Part shown: positions 19,841-29,640 of the stretch, in pieces
Position numbering within the stretch: the stretch's first letter is position 1
Layout of the letters: the number at the start of each line of letters is the position of its first letter
DNA from: an uncultured Gemmatimonadales bacterium
Lineage (GTDB): Bacteria; Gemmatimonadota; Gemmatimonadetes; Gemmatimonadales; GWC2-71-9
Assembly (NCBI GenBank): GCA_963821525.1
Contig: CAWGED010000005.1
Coordinates: 736,001 to 800,000 of the forward strand
DNA: 64,000 bases
Direction: 5' to 3'
Notes under the pieces: model-generated
What the model was told of the DNA's origin: nothing
Seen by the model: the letters and a program-made list of their open reading frames with translations, nothing else
The model's database searches: none
Made by a program: the position numbers and the translations under genes

Positions 19841-21127
19841 TCAGCTCCCATCATAGAAGTAGAACTGGAACCCGGCCTGGAGCCGGGTCGCATGATCCGA
19901 CGCTCCATCATTCTGTTCGTTGTCGCCATACAGGACCTCGAGACCCAGGCTGAAGACCGAGGTGGGTGAGTAAACCGCGTTGACGGAGAGATACTTGGTC
20001 TGGTGGAACGCGGTGGGACCTTGCCCAGCAGAGTTATCCACCTGAAGGATGCTCGCCACTACCTGCGAGCTCCACTTGTCATTCCAGAAGTGCTGAAATC
20101 CCACATACCCACCAAAGGCCGGCAAGGCCGTGATATCGCCCGCGCCATCCTGGGCGGCATCGAGGCCAAACCCTACCAAGTCGTTAATGTACCGGCCGAT
20201 GCCCTGCCCGTACATCCCGTCGAGCTGGAATACGTCTCTCGTGTTTTTCCCGAGGCCAATCACCGCGCTACCCTGAAGACCGAATCCGAAAGTGCGAGCC
20301 TGGGTATTGCCGTCATCGTATCCGATGTCCCGCAGCACCACACCGAGCTGGGCGTGGCCCCAGTCGGCTTCGTAGCGCGGGTGAAACGCGAGATCGGGGA
20401 GTGGGCTGACCGGAACGGCAGCACCCGGCAGGGTTACGTCGGAGCTGGGCTGCGCCAGCGCGATCTGAAAGGTCCACTTGTCGTTGATCGCCCTGGTGTA
20501 CTGGATCTCCGGCACGGTGATATAGGAGGCGGAATTCGGTCCCTCGAAGTCCACCGTGTTGGGGAACGCGTCGATGTCCATGAACGGACTGTACGTCTGG
20601 CCGACCAGGAGGTTTGCAGCCTGGACGTAGGCGTGTCGCAGATGCAGCGCGGTGGAGGTACCCGGACCGTAGAGATCGAACTCCAGATAGGCCCGCATCC
20701 GCCCCATGGCCGACGGGCGCCGGAGCTCAAAGCTCATCCGGGTCTGCCGCACATGCAGGTTGAAGTTCTTGGTATCGGGTCCACCACCGATGGGGATGGT
20801 TGAGGGCACGAACAAGTCAGCGGCGCCAGCGGGATCCAGGTCTCGGATCATGTCCAGGCGAACGTACCCCCCAAGCCTGAACTCGGCCCCACCGGTGCCG
20901 GGGAGCGTCACGAATCCCTTGGCGTCCGGGTTAAGCGGGATGTTGTCCACCCGGGGAGCCGCGACCTCTTTCTTGTCCATGCTCTCCCGTGGTTTCGTTG
21001 TCACCTTCTTGGTCGTGTCCTGCTGCGCCGACTTGATCGAGTCTTGCTTCACGTTCTCGGGTTGCTGGGCCCCGGCCGCGCGGCCAAGCATGACGGTCAG
21101 GGCAAAGGCGAATAGCAGGCGTTTCAC
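19841..21127 (-). CDS. DcaP-like outer-membrane porin
   Basis: GTG 21127 with AAGGAG SD, signal peptide, LGGYVRLD, LRHAY, LLVGQTYS.FMD, C-terminal TRLQAGFQFYF. Confidence 0.85.
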   Translation of the reverse strand: MKRLLFAFALTVMLGRAAGAQQPENVKQDSIKSAQQDTTKKVTTKPRESMDKKEVAAPRVDNIPLNPDAKGFVTLPGTGGAEFRLGGYVRLDMIRDLDPAGAADLFVPSTIPIGGGPDTKNFNLHVRQTRMSFELRRPSAMGRMRAYLEFDLYGPGTSTALHLRHAYVQAANLLVGQTYSPFMDIDAFPNTVDFEGPNSASYITVPEIQYTRAINDKWTFQIALAQPSSDVTLPGAAVPVSPLPDLAFHPRYEADWGHAQLGVVLRDIGYDDGNTQARTFGFGLQGSAVIGLGKNTRDVFQLDGMYGQGIGRYINDLVGFGLDAAQDGAGDITALPAFGGYVGFQHFWNDKWSSQVVASILQVDNSAGQGPTAFHQTKYLSVNAVYSPTSVFSLGLEVLYGDNEQNDGASDHATRLQAGFQFYFYDGS

Positions 21128-21166
21128 GGTCAGTCTCCTTGCTGGCTCATCCATGGTGACTGGAGT

Positions 21167-22513
21167 TCACTGAGACACCGCTGAGGTTGCAAGCTCGGCG
21201 GCCTTTCGTTCAGCGGCAGCACGCATCGAACGGATGAAGAAGGGAAAAATCGGCACGGTGACGAGGACCAGGATCATCGCTCCTCGTGTGGTTTCGGAGT
21301 CGGCGCCGTAGATCGCCCAGAGACAATAGGTCGCGGCGGCCAGACCGATCACGATGGCGGCCCGCATCGTCTTCGCCGGCACTTTCTGCTGATAGCAGAC
21401 CTGCCAGAGCGCCACCGCGGAATAGAGGTAGGGCAGCACGACCAGGATCACCGCAAGGTTCACGATTGAGTCGAACTGGTTCGACAGGTTGGGCTGGAGG
21501 GTGAGCAGCACCACCACGGTCATGAGGACGCTCACCAGAATCAGGCCCTGCACAGGGACGCCTCGCCGATCCACGCGGGCGAAGATCCTGGGAAACATCC
21601 CGTCCTGAGCCGCAGCCTGGCTCGACTCGGCCACCACCAGCATCCAGCCGCCCAGGGCACCGGCCGTCTTGGCGATCGCACAGATGGCCACCCCGAGCAG
21701 AGCGACCCCGCCGAAGATGCGCGCTCCCGCCTCGGCGAAGGGCGCGTGCGACTGCTGGAGCTCCGCGTTGGGGATGAGCCCCATGATGACCGTGGAGCAT
21801 GAGACGTAGACCACGGCCGAGAGGGCGAGCCCTGCGAGCGTCGCGATGGGGACGTTACGCCGGGGGTTCTCTATGTTGGTCGCCGAGACGGCGGCACTCT
21901 CGATTCCCATGAATGCCCAGAGCGCGATAGATGCGGCGCGGGATGCGGCGTGGAAATCGGACTTGCCCGTCACGTTCCAGGCCTCTTTGAACAACGAGGG
22001 CTCGAACCAGAACCACCCGACCGTCGCGATCCCGAGGATCGGGATCAGGGCCAGCGATAAGGTCCAGGTTTCGAACCGCCCTACGAACTTGGGGCCGATC
22101 ATGTTCACCACCGTGAGCAGCCAGATCACCGCGATGGTTCCCACTGTGCTTCCCGGACGATGGCCCATCCAGGGGATGAACGCCGCGAGATAGCCGGTCG
22201 TGGAGACCGCGATTGCCACGTTGCCCATCCAGTTCGCCAGCCAGTACACGGCGTTGGTCTGGAAGCCGATGTAGGGACCGAGCGCATCCTTGGCGTAGAC
22301 GTAAGGACCGCCCAGCACCGGCTTGAGTTCGCCCAGTTTGGCAAACACGAGCCCGAGCGCGCCGGCTCCCAGTGTGGCAATGACCCATCCGTAGATGGAC
22401 ACACTGCCCACCGTGGCCATGGTGACCGGCAACAGGAAGATCCCTGTGCCGATGATGTTGCCGGCCACCAGCATCGTCGCCCCGAGGAGCGACATCTTGT
22501 GGCCCTCGGCCAT
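21167..22513 (-). CDS. APC-family amino acid/polyamine antiporter (AdiC/CadB-like)
   Basis: AGNIIGTGIFLLP, GGPYVYA, LWAFMGIESA, NPRRNVPIAT. Confidence 0.88.
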   Translation of the reverse strand: MAEGHKMSLLGATMLVAGNIIGTGIFLLPVTMATVGSVSIYGWVIATLGAGALGLVFAKLGELKPVLGGPYVYAKDALGPYIGFQTNAVYWLANWMGNVAIAVSTTGYLAAFIPWMGHRPGSTVGTIAVIWLLTVVNMIGPKFVGRFETWTLSLALIPILGIATVGWFWFEPSLFKEAWNVTGKSDFHAASRAASIALWAFMGIESAAVSATNIENPRRNVPIATLAGLALSAVVYVSCSTVIMGLIPNAELQQSHAPFAEAGARIFGGVALLGVAICAIAKTAGALGGWMLVVAESSQAAAQDGMFPRIFARVDRRGVPVQGLILVSVLMTVVVLLTLQPNLSNQFDSIVNLAVILVVLPYLYSAVALWQVCYQQKVPAKTMRAAIVIGLAAATYCLWAIYGADSETTRGAMILVLVTVPIFPFFIRSMRAAAERKAAELATSAVSQ

Positions 22514-22518
22514 GCCAC

Positions 22519-24828
22519 TCACTTCTTGCGAGCGCCTTTCAGGCACTGCAGCCAGAGCGTGCCGTCCCGGTTCTCGGCCCCGTGGGTATCGTGCCCGAAG
22601 CCGGGGAAGGTGGCGTCCCACGACTGCAAGGCACGGAGGTAGTTCAGGTACGGCCCGTCATTGGCTCCGGTGTACTCCCCGGCCATCAGCATGGGAATGC
22701 CCGGGGGATAAGGTGCCACCGCGGTCGCCACGACGCGGTTCGCGGCCTTCTCGAGCGGGACGTGCTCGATCTGGCCCCGCACCAGGAGGTCGTAGGCGTC
22801 GGACGGTATCATCTCCACATCTGGCAGGGTGGAGAACGCCTTGGCCAGCCACTCGGTCTGCTTCGACTTCTTCAAGTGGGCGAACATCTGGTCCGACAGG
22901 TCACGCAGTCCGAGCGTGCGGTAGGTGTCGGGATAGTCGTTGGCGAGTGCCGGAAGGACCTCGGAGATCGGGGCGTTCCGGTCGTAGTCCCGTTTGAACT
23001 CGAGCAGGATGTTGAGCAGCGTTCCCCACTTGCCCTTGGTGATCCCGATCGAGAACAGGAAGAGCACGGTGAAGTCGGTGGTCTTCTCGACCTCGACGCC
23101 GCGAGAAGACAGGTATTTGGTCACCAGGGTGGCCGGAATACCCTTCGAGTCGAGGCCGCCCTTGTTGCTCACGCCCGGGGTCACGACCGACACCTTGATC
23201 GGATCCAGCATGCAGTAGCCGTCTTCCAGGTCCTCGAACCCGTGCCAGTTGTCGCCGGGGTGGAGCACCCAGCATTCCGGATCGGTGGCGAGCTGCGACG
23301 GCGCGGCTTCGTGGAAGGGGATCTTCTTCCCCGTCTTCTGGTCCTTCACCTGGTCGGCGTTCCAGGTGTTGAAGAACCACTCGCCATCCTTGGCGAACTG
23401 GCGGTTGACCCGGCCCATGGTCTGCCGGAACGCGACCGCTTCTTCGATGGATTCCGTAGTGAGTGCGACTCCGCCGGGACCGTCCATCATCGCCGCGCAG
23501 ATGTCGTTCGACGCGATGATCGTGTACAGCGGCGAGGTGGAGGCGTGCATCATGAACGCCTCGTTGAACCGGTCGTGCGGAATGGCGCCGCGGCCATCGC
23601 GCATGTGGAGCAGGGAAGCCTGCGACAGCGCCGCCAGGAGCTTGTGGGTCGAATGGCCGGCGAAGAGCGTCGGTCCCTTGGGGTCGTGGTCGGCCGGGTC
23701 GCCCGACATCGCGTGCCGGTCCCGGTAGATCGGATTGAATCGGGCGTAGGCGTACCAGGCCTCGTCGAAATGGATCCGGTCCACGGTAGGATCGAGCAGC
23801 TCGACCACCCGCTTCGCGTTGTAGCAGAGGCCGTCGTACGTCGAGTTGGTGATGACGGCATGCACCGGCCGGAGGTCGGTCTGCTTCGTCACCAGCGGGT
23901 TCTTCTTGATCTGGGCGGCCAGGGCCGCCTTGGTGAGCTTGTCGGGATGAATCGGGCCGATGAGTCCGTAGCGGTTCCTGAGCGGCACCAGGTAGTTGGG
24001 CACCGCGCCGGTCATGACCAGTCCGTGCTCGATGGACTTGTGGCAGTTCCGGTCGCACAAGGCGATCTGCCCGCGCCCTACCGCCGCGTGGAAGATCACC
24101 CGGTTCGAGGTCGACGTCCCGTTGGTGACACAATAGCTGCGGTGGGAGCCGAAGACTCGCGCGGCATAGCGCTCATGCGCACCGATCGGGCCGGTATGAT
24201 CGAGCAGCGATCCCAGCTGACCAACACTGATTGAAAGGTCGGTGCGGAGCAGGTTCTCCCCGTAGAACTCGTAGAAGATCCGTCCGACCGGAGACTTGAG
24301 AAACGCGGTGCCGCCGGCGTGACCCGGGGTGTGCCAGGAGTACTCGTACTCCCGGGTAAAGTTGATGAGCCCCCGCGCCATCGGCGGGATCACCGCCTGG
24401 CCGTAGCGCCGGATCGCCGCTTCGACCCGCCCGCCGATGAATGCCGCGGTGTCCTGCAGCATCCAGATGAACTCGTCCACCATCTCCATCACATCGATGG
24501 GAATGGATGCGGCCGCGTCCCGCTCCGCCGTCAGAAAGATCGGGATCTTGGCGTTACGCGACCGGATCAGGCGAAGCAGATCGATTGCGCCGGCGTGATC
24601 CTTGTCGCCATCCAGGTCCCAATCGAGGAGGACGGCGTGAATCGCCGAGTCGGAGGAAATCACGGCATTGCCGTCCTCCGCGGAGGCTGCCTCGACGACG
24701 CCGATATCCCGGCTGGCCAGCTCCTCGATCAGAGCCTGGGCCGCGCGCCCGGCCGCCGAAGCCTCGCCGATCTCATCATCCACCATGAGGGCGCGGATCT
24801 GCACCCTCCTCGATGTGCGTTCTAACAT
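22519..24828 (-). CDS. Orn/Lys/Arg decarboxylase with wing domain; Arg vs Lys substrate uncertain
   Basis: YSWHTPGH, DRNCHKS, HFDEAW, PLP motif HSTHKLLAALSQAS, PYPPGIP. Confidence 0.92.
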   Translation of the reverse strand: MLERTSRRVQIRALMVDDEIGEASAAGRAAQALIEELASRDIGVVEAASAEDGNAVISSDSAIHAVLLDWDLDGDKDHAGAIDLLRLIRSRNAKIPIFLTAERDAAASIPIDVMEMVDEFIWMLQDTAAFIGGRVEAAIRRYGQAVIPPMARGLINFTREYEYSWHTPGHAGGTAFLKSPVGRIFYEFYGENLLRTDLSISVGQLGSLLDHTGPIGAHERYAARVFGSHRSYCVTNGTSTSNRVIFHAAVGRGQIALCDRNCHKSIEHGLVMTGAVPNYLVPLRNRYGLIGPIHPDKLTKAALAAQIKKNPLVTKQTDLRPVHAVITNSTYDGLCYNAKRVVELLDPTVDRIHFDEAWYAYARFNPIYRDRHAMSGDPADHDPKGPTLFAGHSTHKLLAALSQASLLHMRDGRGAIPHDRFNEAFMMHASTSPLYTIIASNDICAAMMDGPGGVALTTESIEEAVAFRQTMGRVNRQFAKDGEWFFNTWNADQVKDQKTGKKIPFHEAAPSQLATDPECWVLHPGDNWHGFEDLEDGYCMLDPIKVSVVTPGVSNKGGLDSKGIPATLVTKYLSSRGVEVEKTTDFTVLFLFSIGITKGKWGTLLNILLEFKRDYDRNAPISEVLPALANDYPDTYRTLGLRDLSDQMFAHLKKSKQTEWLAKAFSTLPDVEMIPSDAYDLLVRGQIEHVPLEKAANRVVATAVAPYPPGIPMLMAGEYTGANDGPYLNYLRALQSWDATFPGFGHDTHGAENRDGTLWLQCLKGARKK

Positions 24829-24849
24829 CGTGATCCCTTTCTCCCGCTG

Positions 24850-25831
24850 CTATTCAGGCAGCGTAATCCACTGGTAAAATGTCTTTGCCTTGTCATCCGG
24901 AGCCCCGAAATCCTTGGTGTACTCGCTGACCAGGTCCCCGGAGCGATAGAGATTGCTGAGGCCGCGATCCACCGCGAGGCGGAAGTCCTCGTCGCCCTTC
25001 TGGAGGGCGAGTCTCAGCGACTCGTAGGTGAAATAGCGATCCAGTATGACCCACCAGCGCGCCAGGTCACCGGTCGAATTGCGTTTCATCGCGTCGAGCA
25101 GGACGGCCCGATCGGTGAAGAAGACGTCGGCCTCCCGGTCGTGCACCGCCTTGATCCCCGCGTCGAAGCTCGGAACCGGTACTACGATGGCGGTGAGGTT
25201 GAACTCCTTGAGTTTGCCGTGGAGCCACGACTCCGAGGTGGTCCCCGAGACCACGGCGAACTTCTGGGCCTGGAGAAGTCGCGCCGGCCGACGCGCGCCA
25301 TGTGGGACTCGACTGCGGACGTCCATTCAGGATCTCGCGCAGCCGCTGGGGAGCGTCGGTGCGCAACAGCGCGCCGATGCCACCCGGGAAGACCGGGATC
25401 GAGAAATCCACGTCCTGTCGCCTGCTCAATGTTTCGGTGTCTGCTCCGCACAGGAGATCCACCTTGCCCTCTTTCACCGCGTTGAAACGATCGGCGAGCG
25501 TGAGCTCCACCCATTCCACTTTGACTCCGGCCACGTTCGGCTGGGCCGACACCGCATCCGCGAGTTTCTGGCAGACCGCGACCGAGAACCCCGCGGGGTT
25601 GCCGGACTCGTCCTTGTAGGAATACGGCCGGGCGTCGCTGAGGTAGCCGAGCCTGATCTTGCCCGCGGTTTTGATCCGCTCCAGCGTGGTGGTGCCGGTC
25701 TGGGTCGTTGGCTTCATGCGTGGCGTCTGGGCCTGCGCTGCCACGGTAAGTGTCACGATCAAGGTGCCTAGGGCGCTGGCCAGGAACCGGGTCCGATGCC
25801 CGCGCGGGGTCACCCATCCTGCTGAGTGCAT
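24850..25831 (-). CDS. Periplasmic amino-acid solute-binding protein (family 3, GltI-like); frameshift near 25285
   Basis: AAGGAG SD, signal peptide, TLERIK..IRLGY..ARPYSY, VDFSIP; second half GTTSE..DFRLAVDRGLS. Confidence 0.85.
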
Positions 25832-25866
25832 AACCCTTCTCCTTTCGACGGTGTCGGTCTCGGGTT

Positions 25867-27204
25867 TCACGCGGCTTTCGCGGACTTGGAGCCCGCCGTG
25901 GTCGCAGATGTGAAGCGGGGCGCGATGAATCCCCAGATGACGTAGGCAACACCCAGGACCAGCATCCCTCCCATGACCGCATCCTTGCCGGATGCCCAGA
26001 GGGCGTAGACGCTGTAGAGCATCGCGACCAGCGCGATCGCCGCGTTGCGGCGGAAGATTCCCGGGCTGACATTTGCCGATCGCATCATCACGATCAGGGC
26101 CGACAGGCTCACCACGTAGGGCACCACGTTGGTGACCACTGCCAGATTCACCAGGGCGCTGAACTGCTCGCTCAGGCTGGGCGAGATCGTGGTCAGTGCG
26201 AGCACGGACTGTACGACGCCCAGCACGATCATGCCGGTGATCGGCGCTCCCAGCTTGTTCACCTTCGAGAAGAAGGCGGGGAACATCCGCTCGTCGGCCG
26301 CGGATTTCCCGGTCGTGGCGATGGTGAACTGCCATCCCAGGAGAGAGCCGAGGCACGCGATCACTGCCAGTCCCATGACGATGGAGCCGATGGTCGGGTT
26401 GAACATGTGGGCATAGGCCAGACCGAAGGGGCCGGTCGACTTCGCCAGCTCGTCATTGGGCACGATGCCCTGAATCACCGTGGTGGAGAGGATGTAGATC
26501 ACCGCGGCGCCGAGAGTACCAAACAGGCAGGCCAGCGGCACATCCCGCTTGGGGTTCTCCACCGCGGCCGAATTCTGTGCCGCCGATTCCATCCCCAGGA
26601 ACGCCCATAGCGTCAGCGAGATACTCGAGCCGACCCCTTCGCCGAGGCTGAGCCCATGGGGGTTCCAGGCAGCCTGGAACACATCGCTCTTGAACCAGAT
26701 CCAGCCGGCGAAGGAGAGGAACCCGACCGGCAGGATGACACCCCAGACCGTCACCGATCCGATCTTTCCGGTGATGGACGGGCCGCCGAAATTGGCGACG
26801 GTGGTGAGCCAGAGCAGGATGATTACCCCGATACACGTGGAGATCGGTGTCGAGGATAGCCAGGGCACGAAGGTCGCCAGGTACCCCACCGCCGAGATCG
26901 CGATCGCGACATTGCCGATCGCCAGCGAAAGGAAGTAGAGGAAGAACACCTGGAAATACCCGCTCTTGCCGTACGCATCCTCGGCGTAGGCCGCCATGCC
27001 GCCGGGCCGCTGGTTGAAGAGGCCGGCCTGGGCGAATCCGTAGGCGATGGCCATCGATCCCACCGCCGTGACGCCCCAGGAGAGCAGAGAGATCGCGCCC
27101 ACTTGGGCCATGTTGGCCGGTAGCATGATGATGCCGGAGCCCATCATGTTCACCGCGACGATGAACGTCAGCTGGACCACATTCATCTTCTTAGCTTCTT
27201 GCAC
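25867..27204 (-). CDS. potE: Putrescine-ornithine antiporter
   Basis: KMNVVQLT..VNMMGSGIIMLP, LWAFLGMESA, GSLLGWQFTIA, NLAVVTN match PotE; GTG start with GGAG SD. Confidence 0.92.
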   Translation of the reverse strand: MQEAKKMNVVQLTFIVAVNMMGSGIIMLPANMAQVGAISLLSWGVTAVGSMAIAYGFAQAGLFNQRPGGMAAYAEDAYGKSGYFQVFFLYFLSLAIGNVAIAISAVGYLATFVPWLSSTPISTCIGVIILLWLTTVANFGGPSITGKIGSVTVWGVILPVGFLSFAGWIWFKSDVFQAAWNPHGLSLGEGVGSSISLTLWAFLGMESAAQNSAAVENPKRDVPLACLFGTLGAAVIYILSTTVIQGIVPNDELAKSTGPFGLAYAHMFNPTIGSIVMGLAVIACLGSLLGWQFTIATTGKSAADERMFPAFFSKVNKLGAPITGMIVLGVVQSVLALTTISPSLSEQFSALVNLAVVTNVVPYVVSLSALIVMMRSANVSPGIFRRNAAIALVAMLYSVYALWASGKDAVMGGMLVLGVAYVIWGFIAPRFTSATTAGSKSAKAA

Positions 27205-29602
27205 GGTCTCCCCCCTTCTTCGGTGGCCGTCTCGAGTCTGACTCGCGGACCACGTAGGTGAAGAACTTGATGCGACCCTCGACCCGCTCCTGATACACGC
27301 CCTGGACTTCGTAGTTGAAGCCTGGAAAGCGGTTGAACGACTCCTGGAAGGCCATGAAGTACTCGAGCATGGGACGCGCCTTCTTGTCCCACCGCTCGCC
27401 TGGGACAATGACCCCGATGCCGGGTGGATAGATCAGGGCGAGTGTTGCAGCGATGCGGCCCTCGATCTGGTCCAGCGGTATGTAATCCACCTGGTTGGCA
27501 ACCAGCGCCTCGTAGGCCGCCTCGGGGGACATCGCGAGCTCCGGGAAGCTCGAGGCCCGGAAGCATTGTCGCTGGAGTTCCTTGATGTTCGCCTTCCGGT
27601 AGAAGGCGTGCATTTCGTTGCAGACTTTCCGCAGGGTGTATCCGGCGTAGCGCTCCTGGTTCGCGGCGTAGAGCGTCGGCAGCACGTCGTCGAGCGGCGC
27701 GTCGTCATCCCAAAGGTTCTTGAACTTGACCAGCTTGGCGAGGAGGGTATTCAGCTTGCTCTCATCCTCTGCCGGGGTCATGAGGAAAAGGATGCTGTTG
27801 AGGTCGCACTTCTCGGGCACGACCCGCTGTTCCCGCAGGTAGTTGGCGACCACCGTAGCGGGCACACCGAAATCGAGGTACTCGCCGGTTTTCCGGTCGA
27901 TACCCGGAGTCAGCAGGCTGAGCTTGTTCGGGTCGGCCATGACATAGCCGTCGGCGTAGCCCGAATACCCGTGCCACTTGCTCTTCGGATTGAAGTTCCA
28001 GCACTGCTGCTCCCGCTTGATGACCTCGGTCGGAAGATCCTCCCAGGCGACATCCTTCACGTCCTTGGTGAATTTCGAGCCCCGGATCGTCACCACGTCC
28101 GGCACGAACGGATCGAAGAACCACTTCTCCTCTTTGGTGCGCCCGGCCTTCTCGAAGTGGCGGCAGAAGTCCCGGCACTTCTTCCGCGCCTCGATGCCCA
28201 GCGCGATGCATCGGTCCCACAGCATCTCGCCGGCCAGGCCATCGTGCACCTTGGCATTCACATCCAGCGAGGCGAAGAGCGGATAGAAAGGGGAGGTGGA
28301 GGCGTTCATCATGAACGACTCGTTGAACCGCTTGTGCTCGAGGTAGCGCGGCTGTCCCCTGATGTGCTCGTCCCGCTTGTGGATCTGGGAGGCCTGGGAA
28401 AAGCCGGCGCCCTGCTTGTGCACCGATTGGGTCGAGAACAATCCCGGCATCTTGGGCCCCAGATCGGTGAGCCGCATCGGGCTGTGATCTTCGAACAACG
28501 GATGGAAGGCGTTGTAGCCGATCCAGGCCTCGTCCCACAGGACGTAGTCGCACAGATGCCCGATCTTCTCGAGGACCAGTTTGGCGTTGTAGATCGTGCC
28601 GTCGTAGGTCGCGAGCTGGATGCAGGCCAGCCGGAAGGGGCGAGCGGCCTTATGGCGACTCTTGTCCGTCACCAGGGGGTTGGCGCGGATCTGCTCCCGG
28701 AGATAGTCCTCGTCCCACGCGTCCCAGTCGACGGCGCCGATCATGCCGAAGGAGTTCCGGGCAGTGGGGAGGAAGATCGGGATCGCCCCGGCCTGGACCA
28801 GCGCACCCTGATGCAGGGACTTGTGGTTGTTGCGGTCGAAGAGGACCAGGTCGCCTCGCCGCAGGACGGCGTTGGCGACCACCTTGTTGGAGGTGCTGGT
28901 CCCGTTCAGGACGAAGTAGGTCTTGTCTGCGCCGAAAACCTTCGCGGCATAGCGCTGGGCGGAGGCGGCCAGGCCCTCGTGGATCAGCAGATCGCCCAGC
29001 TCCACGTCGGCGTTGCAGAGGTCGTTGCGGAAGACCCCTTCGCCGAGGTGCTTGAAGAAGAGTTGGCCGGCGGGGGATTTCCGGTAGAACTGGCCGCCTT
29101 GGTGTCCCGGGCAGGCGAAGGTGATGTTGGCTTCGCTGTCGTAGGAAACCATCCCGCCGAAGAAGGGCGGCAACAGCGTCATCCCGTAGTCCACGATGCT
29201 TGCCAGGACCTGCTTGGCGTAGAAGGCCGGTGTCTGCTGGCCGAGGTAGATGTAGCCGTCCACCTCGCCGAGCTGGCCCGCGACCGCGACGTCGGAAATC
29301 CGGCTCGAATCGGCCAAGGCCCAGAGCGGGGTCTGGAAGCCGATGGACCTGACGGCCACCGCCAGTTTCCGGGCCCGCTCCCGGCGATCGCCGTCGATCA
29401 AGGCGATGTAGGCTCCGACCTCCGCGTCTTCCGATACATCGCGCTCGTAGTGGTCACTCACCTCGACCTCAAACTTCTCGGCCTCGAGGTACTCGAGCAG
29501 CTGCCGGGTTTGCGCGTCGTTCCCATCAACCAGCGCCACCACCTTGAGCAGGCGGTGGAACGGGATGGGAATCGTCGGTGTCTTAACCGTGAATTCGATC
29601 AT
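27191..29602 (-). CDS. speF: Ornithine decarboxylase (inducible SpeF type)
   Basis: FACPGHQGG, DLCNADV, ADKTYFVLNGTS, TQSVHKQGAGFSQASQIH, EKCDLNSILFL; directly upstream of potE. Confidence 0.92.
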   Translation of the reverse strand: MIEFTVKTPTIPIPFHRLLKVVALVDGNDAQTRQLLEYLEAEKFEVEVSDHYERDVSEDAEVGAYIALIDGDRRERARKLAVAVRSIGFQTPLWALADSSRISDVAVAGQLGEVDGYIYLGQQTPAFYAKQVLASIVDYGMTLLPPFFGGMVSYDSEANITFACPGHQGGQFYRKSPAGQLFFKHLGEGVFRNDLCNADVELGDLLIHEGLAASAQRYAAKVFGADKTYFVLNGTSTSNKVVANAVLRRGDLVLFDRNNHKSLHQGALVQAGAIPIFLPTARNSFGMIGAVDWDAWDEDYLREQIRANPLVTDKSRHKAARPFRLACIQLATYDGTIYNAKLVLEKIGHLCDYVLWDEAWIGYNAFHPLFEDHSPMRLTDLGPKMPGLFSTQSVHKQGAGFSQASQIHKRDEHIRGQPRYLEHKRFNESFMMNASTSPFYPLFASLDVNAKVHDGLAGEMLWDRCIALGIEARKKCRDFCRHFEKAGRTKEEKWFFDPFVPDVVTIRGSKFTKDVKDVAWEDLPTEVIKREQQCWNFNPKSKWHGYSGYADGYVMADPNKLSLLTPGIDRKTGEYLDFGVPATVVANYLREQRVVPEKCDLNSILFLMTPAEDESKLNTLLAKLVKFKNLWDDDAPLDDVLPTLYAANQERYAGYTLRKVCNEMHAFYRKANIKELQRQCFRASSFPELAMSPEAAYEALVANQVDYIPLDQIEGRIAATLALIYPPGIGVIVPGERWDKKARPMLEYFMAFQESFNRFPGFNYEVQGVYQERVEGRIKFFTYVVRESDSRRPPKKGGDRARS

Positions 29603-29640
29603 GCTTATTCTCAGAGGTGACCAAGGCGTCGACCTCACCA

